Of a stretch of 64,000 nt of DNA, positions 1-14,100 are shown in pieces. The notes below the pieces were generated by a model, which ran no database searches, was not told the origin of the DNA, and was given only the letters and a program-made list of their open reading frames with translations. How positions within the stretch are numbered: position 1 is the stretch's first letter; the number at the start of each line of letters is the position of its first letter. A program made the translations under genes and the position numbers. The DNA is from the human T2T-CHM13v2.0 reference genome, Homo sapiens. Location: the NCBI RefSeq assembly GCF_009914755.1, contig NC_060946.1, one strand, 5' to 3'.

Positions 1-646
1 AGCCAGGTAGCGAGGGCCGTCCCCATGCTCCAGCCCAGCCAGGCCGCGCCGGCAGAGGGGATCTCCCAACCTGCCCCGGCACGCGGGGATTTTGCCTATG
101 CTGCCCCAGCTCCTCCGGAAGGGGCACTCTCCCACCCTCAGGCTCCCCGGTGGCCTCCGCACCCAGGCAAAAGCCGGGAAAACCGGGACCCACAGCAAGA
201 CGGCCTAACAGGCTCTTGCGTGGTGGGACAGCCTGGGCCCGGTCAGGCGGGGCCACAGGGCCAAGCTGTGCTTGCACCACCCGCATCCCAGGATAGTCCG
301 TCGTGGGGCTGGGGACGGGGTCCCCAGGTCGCCGGGGCGGCGTGGGAACCCCAAGCTGGGGCAGCTCCCCCTCGCCAACCCGCGGCCCTGGAGGCCTCCG
401 CGTGGCAGGGGCAGATGCAAGGCATACCGGCGCCTTCCCATGCGCTCCAGGGGACGGGGCGCTCGTCTGCACTTCCCTCTGGCCTGCTGCTGGATGAGCT
501 CCTGCCAAGTCCGGAGTTTCTGCAGCAGGCGCAACCTTTCCTAGCAATGAAGGCCCCAGGGGAGCTGGAGGCCTTCGAAGAAGCGGCCTCGCTATAAGCT
601 CCCCTCAGGGAGGAAGAATAAACTGTCTCTGCTGGCAGAGATTTAG
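1..646 (+). pseudogene. DUX4L: DUX4-like pseudogene copy 1 (3' half only; 5' end outside window)
   Basis: ORF 25..597 translates as the DUX4 C-terminal half ([27 protein letters not shown]...LLLDELL...EEAASL). Premature TAA at 595-597 and a second TAA at 619-621 remove the terminal [11 protein letters not shown] motif. The canonical-position TAG is at 644-646. Confidence 0.93.
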
Positions 647-1350
647 GACGTGGGGTTGGGACGGTTTCGGGTTGGGGCAGGGCGGTGGCCTCTCTTTCGC
701 GGGGAACACCTGGCTGGCTATGGAAGGGTGTGTCTTCCCCCCGCCCCCTCCACTGGGCTGACCGGCCTGGGATTCCTACCTTCTAAGTCTAGGCTCGGTG
801 AGAGGCTTCACACAACGGGGAACACCAATTCTTTCCTGGGCATCCCGGGAATCCCAGAGCCGTCCCAGTTACCAGCAGGTGGGCCGCCTACTGTGCATGT
901 GTGGGTATGTGGGCAGCCACCTGGGCTGTGGGAGCAGCCCAGGCAGAGCTCTCATGCGTTTCCACAGCCCCACCCACGCCTGAACACCCCCTCCCCACCC
1001 CCAACCCCACCCCCGGAAAATGCATCCTCCGCTGGGCTGTGTGGAGAACCCCATGCTGCGAAACACTGGGCCCCAGCAGCGTCCAGGCCTGACACCCCCT
1101 CCGGCGGCTCGCCTCCTCTGTGCCTCCGCGAAACCATCACGGGCCCACCCGTGCCACTGCAGCCTCCCAGCTGCCACCATGGAGTGCCTGGCGGCGGAAT
1201 GCAGACCTCTACCTCTCTTTGCCAGCCTCCTGGCTAGACCTGCGCTCATTGCGCACCCTGGCTGACATGCAAGGGAGCCCGCTGGCCTCTCTGTGCGCTT
1301 GTCCATCCTTGTAATTCCAGCTGAGGCTCTCCCAACACCTACCGACGCTC
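647..1350 (+). repeat. D4Z4 distal segment (DUX4 3' UTR, LSau-like GC-rich part, pLAM-like end), copy 1
   Basis: Matches the post-stop D4Z4 sequence. The unit-boundary KpnI site is mutated to GTTACC (868-873). C-rich tract at 986-1014; CCTGGCTAG/ACCTG exon-3-type acceptor near 1238. Confidence 0.85.
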
Positions 1351-4300
1351 TTTAGTCAAAGACTGGGGAATAGTTACATCTCCTGGATGATCAGTTCAGG
1401 AATATGTCACAATGCCCCCTCCCTGCAGAGCCTAGAGAAGATTTGCATCATTTGGGTGATCAGTGCAGAGATATATCACAATGTCCCCTGTACAAAAAGC
1501 CTGGAAATGATTCGCATCACCTCAGTGATCGGTGCATAGGTATGTCAGAAATGCCCGGTAGGCTGAATCTAGACAAGGGTTACATCACTTAGGTGATCAG
1601 TGTAGATATATGTGAAAATTCCCGTGTAGACAGAGCTTAGACAAGTGTTACCTCACCTAGTGATCAGTGCAGGGATAAGTCGTAAAGCCTCCTGTAGGCA
1701 GAGTGTAGACAAGTGTTTCCTCCCTGGGGTGATCAGTGCAGAGATATGTCACAAAGCCCCTGTAAGCAGAACCTTGACAAGGGTTGCATCACCTGTTTGA
1801 TCAGTGGAAATGTATATCACAAAGCCCACTATAGGCAAAGCCCAGACAATTGTTACATCACCTGGGTGAGCAGTGCAGAGATCTGTCACAATGCCCCTGT
1901 AGGCAGAGCTTAGACAAGGGTTACATCACCTGGGTGATCAGTGCAGAGATATGTCAAAACGCTCCTGTAGGCTGAACTTAGACAGGAGTTACATCACCTG
2001 GGTGATCAGTGCAGAGATATGTGAGAATTCCCGTGAAGGCAGAGCCTAGACAGGTGTTAAATCAACTAGGTTATCAGTGCAGCTATAAGTCATAAAGCCT
2101 CCTGTAGGCAGAGCACAGACAAGAGTTCCCTCCCCAGGGTGATCAGTGCAGAGATGTGTCAAAAAGCCCCTGTAGGCAGAGCCTAGACAAGAGTTTCATC
2201 ACTTGGTTGATCAGTTCAGAGATGTCACAATGTCCATTTAGGCAGATGTAAGACAAGTGTCCATCACCTGGGTGATCAGTGCAGAGATTTGTAGCAATGT
2301 CCCGTGTAGGCAGTGCCTAGAGAAGAGTTGCATCACCTCAGAGATCAGTGCGTAGATGTGTCATAAAGGCTTCTATAGGCAAAGTTCATACAAGGCTTAC
2401 ATCACCTAGGTGATCAGTGCAGTCATATGTGACAAAAATCCCTGTAGACAAAACCGAGAAAAGAGATACATCACCTGGGTGATCAGTGCAGATATTTGAC
2501 ACAATGCCCCCATAGACATAGCTTAGCCAAGACTTCCATCACCTGGGTGATCAGTGCAGAGATATGTCACAAATCCCCCTCTAGGCAGAGTATAGAGAAG
2601 AGTCCTATCACCTGGATGCTCAGTGCAGAGATAGTTCACAATGACCCTGTAGGCAGACAGTGGAAAAGAGTTACATAACCTAGGTGATCTGTGTAGAGTT
2701 ACATCACAATATCCCCTGTAGGTGGAGCCAAGAAAAGAGTAACATCACCTGGGTGATCAGTGCAGATATTTGATACAATGTCCCCATAGAGAGAGCCTAG
2801 ACAATACTTCCATCACCTGGGTGATCAGTGCAGAGATATGTCACAAATCCCCCTCTAGGAAGAGTATAGAGAATAGTACCATCACCCGTGTGATCAGTGA
2901 AGAGATATTTCACAACGCCCACTGTAGGCAGAGAGTGGACAAAAGTTTCATAATCTAGGTGATCTGTGCAGAGCTATTTCAAAACTCCCCTGCAGGCAGA
3001 GCCTAGATAAATGTTACATCACCTGAGTGCTCACTGCAGAGATACGTCACAATACCCCCTGTAGGTGGACCCTAGACAAGAGTTACATCACCTGGGTGAT
3101 CAGGGCAGAGATACGTCACAAGGCCCCTGTAGGCAGAGCCTAAACAAGAGTTACATCACCTCGGTTAACAGTGCAGAGATATGTCAAAATGTCCCTGTAG
3201 GCAGAGCCTACACAAGTGTTACATCACTTAAGTGATCAGTGCAGAGATATGTCACAATACACCTGTAAGCAGAGCCTAGACAAGAGTTACATCACCTGGG
3301 TGATCAGTGCAGAGATATGTCACAATGTCCCCTGTAGGCAGAGAATAGAGAAGAGCTGCATCACCTGGGTGATCAGTGCAGGGATATTTCACAATGTACC
3401 CTGTAGGCAGAGCACACAGAAGAGTTGCATCACCTGGGTGATCAGTGCAGAGATATGTCACAATGTCCCATGTAGGCAAAGCCTAGGCAAGAGTTACCTC
3501 ACCTTTATCATCAGTTCAGGGATATGTGAAAACACCACTTTAGGCAGATCTTAGACAAGTGTTGAATCACCTGGTTGATCAGTGCAGAGACATTTCACAA
3601 TTCCCCCTTTGGGCAGAGGATAGACAAGAGTTACATCAGCTAGGTGATCATTGCAGAGATATGTCAAAATTCCCTATAGGCAGTGCTTATAAAAGTGTTA
3701 CATCACATAAGTGATCAGTGCAGAGATATGTCACAAAGCTCCTGTAGGCAGAACTTAGATGAGTTACATCACCTGGGTGATCAGTGCAAAGGCATGTCAC
3801 AAAGCCCCCTGTAGGCAAAGCCTTGACAATAGTTACATCACTTGGGTGATCAGTGGCGAGATCTCTCACAATTCCCCTGTAGGCAGAAATAATACAACAG
3901 TTACATCACCTGGGTGATCAGTGCAGAGATATGTCTCAATGCCCCCTTAGGCAGATCCAAGACAAGAGTCTGTCGCCTGGGTGTTCAGTGCAGAAATATG
4001 TCACAATGCCCCCTTAGGCAGAGCCTAGACAAAAGCCCCAAAACCGGGATGCTCAGTGCAGAGTTATGTCACAAAATCCCTTTAGGCAGATCCTAGACAA
4101 CAGATACATCACTTGGATGATCAGTGCAGAGATATGTCACAATGCCACTGTAGGCAGAGCCTAGACAAGTGTTACATGACCTAGGTGATCAGTGCAGAGA
4201 TACATCGCAATGCCCCTGTAGGCTGAGCCTTGACAAGTGGTATATCACCTGGGTGATCATTGCAAGGATATGTCACAAAGCACCCTGTAGGCAGATCCTA

Positions 4301-5431
4301 GAGAAGTTATATCACCTGGGTGATCAGGGCAGAGATATGTCACAAGAACCCTGTAGGCAGAGCCTAGACAACAGTTATATCACCTGGGTGATCGGTGCAT
4401 TGATATGTCACAATGCCGTGTAGCCAGAGCCTAGACTAAAGTTACTTCACCTGGGAGATCAGTGCAGAGTTATGTCACAATGTCCCCAGTAGGCAGAGAC
4501 CAGGCAAGAGTTGGATCACCTCGGGTTCAGTGCAGAGATATGTCTCAATACCCCTGTGGGCACAGCCTAGAAAATAGTTACATCACCTCGGTTAACAGTG
4601 CAGAGATATGTCAAAATGCCCCTGTAGGCAGAGCCTACAAAAGTGTTACATCACTTACCTGATCAGTGTGGAGATATGTCACAATACCCCCTGTAAGCAG
4701 AGCCTGGACAAGAGTTACATCACCTGGGTGATCAGTGAAGAGATATGTGACAAGGTCCCTTTAAGTAGAGCCTAGACAATAGTTACATCACCTGAGTGAT
4801 CAGTGCAGAGATCTGTCACAATGCCCCCATAGGCAAATCCAAGACAACCGTCCGTCACCTGGGTGATCAGTGCAGAAATATGTGACAATGCCCTCCGTAT
4901 GCAGAGCCTAGAGAAGAGTCCCATCACCTGGGTGATCAGTGCAGATATATTTCACAATGCCCCTGCAGGCAGAGCGTAAGCAAGACTTTCATCACCTAGA
5001 TGATCAGTGCAGAGATATGTCACAAGGCCCCCTATAGGCAGAGCCTGGACAAGAGTTACATCACCTCGGTGATCAATGCAGTGATATGTCACTATGCCCC
5101 GTAGGCAGAGCCTAGTTAAGAGTTACATCACCTGGGTGATCAGTGCAGAGATATGTCACAAAGTCCCCATACAGACAGCCTAGACAAGGGTCCCATCACC
5201 TGGGTGATCAGTGCAGAAATATGTCACAATGCCCCCATAGGCAGATCCAACACAAGTGTTACATCACCTGGGTAGTCAGTGTAGAGATATGTCACAATGC
5301 CCCCATAGGCAGAACCTAGACAAAAGTCCCATCACCTGGGTGATCAGTGCAGAGATATGTCACAATGTCCCCAGTAGGCAGAGCCTAGGCAAGTGTTAAA
5401 TCACTTTGTTGATCAGTTCAGAGATGTGTCA
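1351..5431 (+). repeat. Beta satellite (68-bp Sau3A/BSR) block 1
   Basis: Tandem ~68-69 bp monomers of consensus GATCAGTGCAGAGATATGTCACAATGCCCCTGTAGGCAGAGCCTAGACAAGAGTTACATCACCTGGGT, with a GATC site in most monomers. Confidence 0.96.
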
Positions 5432-7469
<2,038 letters not shown>

Positions 7470-8172
7470 GACGCGAGGTTTGGACGGTGTTGGGTCGGGG
7501 CAGGGCGGTGGCCTCTATTTCTCAGGGAAAACCTGGCTGGCTATGGAGGAGCATGTCTTCCCCACACCTCCTCCAGCGGGCTGACCGGCATGGGGTTCCT
7601 GCCTTCTAGATCTAGGCCCGGTGAGAGACTCCACACAGCGGAGAATTGCCATTCTTTCCTGGGCATCCTGGGGATCCCATAGCCGACCAAGGTACCAGCA
7701 GGTGGGCCGCCTACTGCGTACGCGCGGGTTTGCGGGCAGCCGCCTGGGCTGTGGGAGGAGCCCGGGCAGAGCTATCATGACTTTCCACCACCTCACCCCA
7801 GCCTGAACACCCCCACTCCACACCCACACCCCACCCCCAGAAAATGCGTCCTCTCCGGGTCTCGGTGGAGACTCCCGTCCCACGAAACACCGAGCCCTCG
7901 TGGTGTCCAGGCCGGTCAAACTTCCGGTGGCTCGCCTCCTCTGCGCCTCCGCGCCAGAGTTACCGGCTCGCCTGTCCACCTGCAGCCTCCCAGCTGCCAC
8001 CATGGAGCGCCTGATGGGGGAACGCAGACCTCTAGCTCTCTTTGCTGGCCTCCTGGCTAGACCTGCACACATTGCACACCGCAGCTGACGTGCAAGGGAG
8101 ATCGCTGACCTCTCTGTGCCCTTGTCCATCCGTGAAATTCCGGCTGAGGCTCTCCCAACACCTTCCGACGCT
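7470..8172 (+). repeat. D4Z4 distal segment with pLAM-like end, copy 2
   Basis: KpnI GGTACC at 7691-7696; LSau-like GC-rich sequence; CCTGGCTAG/ACCTG at 8052-8065; runs into beta satellite. Confidence 0.85.
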
Positions 8173-11100
8173 CTCTAGTCACAGCCTGCAGAATAGTTAC
8201 ATCTCCTGGATGATTGGTTCATAAATATGTCACAATGCCCCTCCATGAGGAGCCTAGAGAAGATTTGCATCATTTGGGTGATCAGTGCAGAGATATTTCA
8301 CAATGTTCCCTGTAAAAAAAGCCTGGAAATGATTTATGTCACCTAGGTGATCAGTGCTTAGGTATGTCAGAAATCCCCAGTAGGCTGAACCTAGACAAGG
8401 GTTACATCACTTAGGTGATCATTGTAGAGATATGTGAAAATTCCTGTGTAGACAGAGCCTAGACAAGTGTTACATCACCTAGTGATAAGTGCAGGGATAA
8501 GTCATAAAGCCTCCAGGAGGCAGAGTGTAGAGAAGTGTTTCCTCCCTGGGGTGATCAGTGCAGAGATATGTCACAAAGCCCCTGTAAGCAGAAACTTGAC
8601 AAGGGTTACATCACTTGTTTCATCAGTGGAAATGTATATCACAAAGCCCACTGTAGGCAAAGCACAGACAACTGTTACATCACCTGGGTGAGCAGAGGAG
8701 AGATCTGTAACAATGCCCCTGTAGGCAGAGCTTAGACAAGGGTTACATCACCTTGGTGATCAGTGCAGAGATATGTCAAAACACTCCTGTAGGCTGAACC
8801 TAGAGAGGAGTTACATCATCTGGGTGATCAGTGCAGAGATTTGTGAGAATTCCCGTGTAGGCAGAGCCTAGACAAGTGTTAAATCACCTAGGTTATCAGT
8901 GCAGGTATAAGTCATAAAGCCTCCTGTAGGCAGAGCATAGACAAGAGTTCCCTCCCCAGGGTGAACAATGCAGAGATGTGTCACAAAGCCCCTGTAGGCA
9001 GAGCCTAGACAAGAGTTTCATCACTTGGTTGATCAGTTCAGAGATGTGTCACAATGTCCACGTAGGCAGGTCTAAGACAAGAGTCCATCACCTGGGTGAT
9101 CAGTGCACAGATATGTACCAATGTTCCCTGTAGGTAGTGCCTAGACAAGAGTTGCATCACCTCAGAGATCAGTGCATAGGTATGTCATAAAGCCTTCTAT
9201 ATGCAAAGCCCATATAAGGCTTACATCAGCTCGGTGATCAGTGCAGTCATATGTGACAAAAATCCCTGTACACAGAGCCTAGACAAGAGTTACATCACCT
9301 GGGTGATCAGTGCAGATATTTGACACAATGCGCCCATAGACAGAGCCTAGACAAGTCTTCCATCACCTGGATGATCAGTGCAGAGATATGTCACAAATCC
9401 CCCTCCAGGCAGAGTATAGAGAAGAGTCCCATCACCTGGGTGAACAGTGCAGAGATAGTTCACAACGACCCTGTAGGCAGAGAGTGGATAAGAATTACAT
9501 AACCTGGGTGATCTCTGTAGAGTTACGTCACAATACCCACTGTAGGTGGAGCCTAGACAAGAGTTACATCACCTGGGTGATCAGTGCAGAGATACGTCAC
9601 AACAGCCCCTGTAGGTGGAGCCTAGACAAGAGTTACATCACATGGGTGATCAGTACAGATATAGGACACAAAGCCCTGGCAGGCAGAGCCTAAACAAGTG
9701 TTAAATCACCTTGGTGATCAGTGCAGAAACATGTCACAAAGCCCCTGTAGGCCAGGCCTAGACAAGAGTTACATCTCCTGGGTGATCAGTGCAAAGATAT
9801 GGCACAAAGCCCCCTGTAGACAAATCCCAGAAAATTGTTACATCACCTCGGTGATCACTGGAGACATCTGTCACAATTCCCCTTTTGTCACAACTTAGAC
9901 AAGTGTTACATCACATGAGTGATCAGTGCAGAGATATGTCACTATGCCCCCAGACGCAGATCCAAGACAAGAGTCCATCAGCTGGTTGATCAGTGCAGAA
10001 TTATGCCACCATGCTGCCAGTAGGCAGATATAGAGAAGAGTTACATCACCTGCGTGATCACTGCAGAGATATGTCACAATGCCCCTGTAGGCAGAGCCTA
10101 GACAAGGGTCCCATCACCTGGGTGATCAGTTCAGAGTTTTGTCACAATGCCCCCTTTTGGCAGAGCCTAGATAAGGGTTACATCACCTGGGTGATCAGTG
10201 TAGAGATGCGTCACAAGACCTCTGTAGCTAGAGCCTAGACAAGAGTTACATCACCTGGGTGATCAGGGAAGGGATATGTCACAACGCCCCCTGTAAGCAG
10301 ATCCCAGAGAACAGTTGCATCACTTCGGTGATCAGTGCACAGATATGTCTCAGTGACCCCTGTCAGCTAAGCGTATACAACAGTTACCTCATCTCGGTGA
10401 TCAGTGCAGTGATTTGTTATTTTGCCCCGGTAGGCAGAGCCTAGACAAGAGTTACATCACCTGGGGGATCAGTGCAGAGATATCTCACAATACCCCCTTA
10501 AGCAGAGCCTAGACAAGAGTCACATCACCTGGGTAATCAGTGAAGAGATATGTCATAAATTTCACTGTAGGCAAAGGCTAGACAATTTTACATCACCTCA
10601 GCGATCAGTGCAGAGATATGTCTGAATGTCCCTCTAGGCAGAGTTTAGACAAGTGTCACATCCCCTGGGTGATCAGTGCAGAGATAAGTCACAATGCCCA
10701 CATAGGCAGAGCGTAGAAAAGAGTTACATAACCAGGGTGATCTGTGCAGAGTGATGTCACAACGCCCTCTGCAGGCAGAGACTAGAAAAGAGTTACATCA
10801 CATGGGTGATCAGTGCAGAGATATGTCACAATGCCCCCTGTAGGGAGAGCATAGAGAAGAGCTGCATTACGTGGGTGATCAGTGCAGAGGTATGTCACAA
10901 TGTCTCCTGTAGGCAGAGCATAGAGAAGAGTTGCATCACCTGGATGATCAGTGCAGAGATATGTCACAATGTCCCCTGTAGGCAAAGCCTAGGCAAGAGT
11001 TACATCACCTTTGTCATCAGTTCAGGGATATGTGAAAACGACCCTGTAGGTAGACCTTAGACAAGGGTTGAATCACCTGGGTGATCAGTGCAGGGATATT

Positions 11101-14100
11101 TCACAATGCCACCTTTGGGCAGAGGGTAGACAAGAGTTACATCACCTAGGTGATCAGTGCAGATATTTGTCAAAATTCCCTGTAGGCAGTGATTATAAAA
11201 GTGTTACATCACCTAACTGATCACTGCAGAGATATGTCACAAAGCTCCTGTAGGCAGAACTTAGATGAGTTACATCACCTGGGTGATCACTGCAAAGGTA
11301 TGTCACAAAGCGCCGTGGAGGCAAAGCCTAGACACTAGTTACATATCTTGGGTGATCAGTGGCGAGATCTCTCACAATTCCCCTGTAGGCAGAGCTTATA
11401 CAACAGTTACATCACCTGGGTGATCAGTGCAGAGTTATGTCACAATGCCCCCTTAGGCAGATCCAAGACAAGTGTCTGTCACCTGAGTGATCAGTGCAGA
11501 AATGTGTCACAATGCCCCCTTAGGCCGAGCCTAGAAAAAGCCCCAAAACCCGGATGAGCAGGGCAGAGTTATGTCACAATATCCCTTTAGGCAGATCCTA
11601 TACAAGACTTACATCACTTGGATGATCAGGGCAGTGATATGTCACAATGCCACTGTAGGCAAAGCCTAGACAAGAGTTACATGACCCAGGTGATCAGTGC
11701 ACAGATACATCACAATGTCCCTGTAGGCAGAGCCTTGACATGTGGTACATCACCTGGGTGATCATTGTAGGGATATGTCACAAAGCACCCTGTAGGCAGA
11801 TCCTAGAAGAGTTACATCATCTGGGTGATCAGTGCAGAGATATGTCACAATGCCGCTATAGGCAGAGCCTAGACAAGAGTTACATGACCTAGGTGATCAG
11901 TGCAGAGATACATCGCATTGCCCCTGTAGGCAGAGCCTTGATAAGTGGTATATCACCTGGGTGATCATTGCAGGGATATGACACAAAGCACCCTGTAGGC
12001 AGATCTTAGAGAAGAGTTATATCACCTGGGTGATCAGTGCAGAGATATGTCACAATAACCCTGTAGGCAGAGCCTAGACAGGAGTTATATCACCTGGGTG
12101 ATCAGTGCAGTGATATGTCACAATGCCATGTAGCCAGAGCCTAGACTAAAGTTACAGCACCTGGGAGATCCGTGCAGAGATATGTCACAATGTCCCCTGT
12201 AGGCAGAGAACAGGCAAGAGTTGGATAACCTCGGGATCAGTGCAGAGATATGTCTCAATCCCCCTGTGGGCACAGCCTAGACAAGAGTTACATCACCTCG
12301 GTTAACAGTGCAGAGATATGTCACAATGCTCCTGTAGGCAGAGCCTACACAAATGTTACATCACTTAGGTGATCAGTGAAGAGTTATGTCACAATACCCC
12401 CTGTAAGCAGAGCATACACAAGAGTTACATCACCTGGGTGATCAGTGAATTGATATGTGATAAGGCCCCTTTAAGCAGAGCCTAGACAATTGTTACATCA
12501 CCTGAGTGATCAATGCAGAGATCTGTCACAATGCCCCTTTAGGCAGAGATTAGACCAGAGTTGCATCACCTGGGTGATCAGTGCAGAAATATGTCATAAA
12601 TGCCACTGTAGGCAAAGCCTAGACAAGTTTTACATCACCTCAGCGATGAGTGCAGAGATATGTCCCAATGTCCCTCTAGGCAGAGATTAGAAAAGAGTCA
12701 CATCTCCTGGGTGATCAGTGCAGATATAAGTCACAATGCCCCGTAGGCAGAGCCTAGACAAGAGTTACATAACCCGGGTGATCCGTGCCGACTGATGTCA
12801 CAACGCTCTCTGAAAGCAGAGCTTTGGAAAGAGTTACATCACCTGGGTGATCACTGCAGAAATATGTTAAAATGCCCGCTGTAGGCAGAGCATAGAGAAG
12901 AGTTGCATCACCTGGGTGATCAGTGTAGAGATATGTCACAGTGTCCCATGTAGGCAGAGCATAGAGAAGAGTTGCATCACCTGGGTGATCAGTGCAGAGA
13001 TCTGTCAAAATTCCCTGTAGGCAGTGCTTATAAAAGTGTTACATCACCTATGTGATCAGTGCAGGGATATGTCACAAAGTTCCTGTAGCCAGAACTTAGA
13101 TGAGTAACATCACCTGGGTGATCAGTGCAAAGGTATGTCACAAAGCTCCCTGTAGGCAAAGCCTAGACCATAGTTACATCCCTTGGGTGATCAGTGGCGA
13201 GATCTCTCACAACTGCCCTATAGGCAGAGCTTATACAACAGTTACATCACCTGGGTGATCAGTGCAGATATATGTCACAATGTCCCCATAGGTAGATCCA
13301 AGACAAGGGTCCGTCACCTGGGTGATCAGTGCAGAAATATGTCACAATGCCACCTTAGACAGAGCCTAGACAAAAGCCCCATCACCTGGATGATCAGTGA
13401 AGAGTTATGTCACAAAGTCCCTTTAGGCAGATCCAAGACCAGTGTTACATCACTTGGATTATCAGTGCAGAGATATGTCACAATGCCACTGTATGCAGAG
13501 TCTAGACAAGTGTTACATGACCTAGGTGATCAGTGCAGAGATACATCGCAATGTCCCTGTAGACAGAGCCTTGACAAGTGGTACATCACCTGGGTGATCA
13601 TTGCAGGGATATGACACAAAGCAGCCTGTACGCAGATCCTAGAAAAGAGTTATATCACCTGGGCGATCATTGCAGAGATATGTCACAATTTCCCCTGTAG
13701 GCACAGCCTAGGCAACAATTACATCACCTTTGCCATCAGTTCAGGGATATGTGAATGCGCCCCTGTAGGCAGAGCCTAGACAACACTTACATCACCTAGT
13801 TGATCAGTGCAGAGATATTTCACAATACCCCCTGTAAGAAGAGCCTAGATAAGAGTTACATCACCTGGGTGATCAGTGCAGAGATATTTCACAATGCCCC
13901 CTTTGGGCAGAGGGTAGACAAGAGTTAAATCAACTAGGTGACCAGTGCAGATATTTGTCAACATTCCCTGTAGGCAGTGCTTATAAAAGTGTTATATCAC
14001 CTAAGTGATCAGTGCAGAGATATATCACAAAGCTCCTGTAGGCAGAACTTAGATGAGTTACATCACCTGGGTGATCAGTGCAAAGCTATGTCCCAAAGCC

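Noticed and set aside
986-1014. C-run tracts able to form minus-strand G-quadruplexes
   Set aside because: Ordinary inherited D4Z4 feature, variably decayed among copies; nothing specific to this locus.
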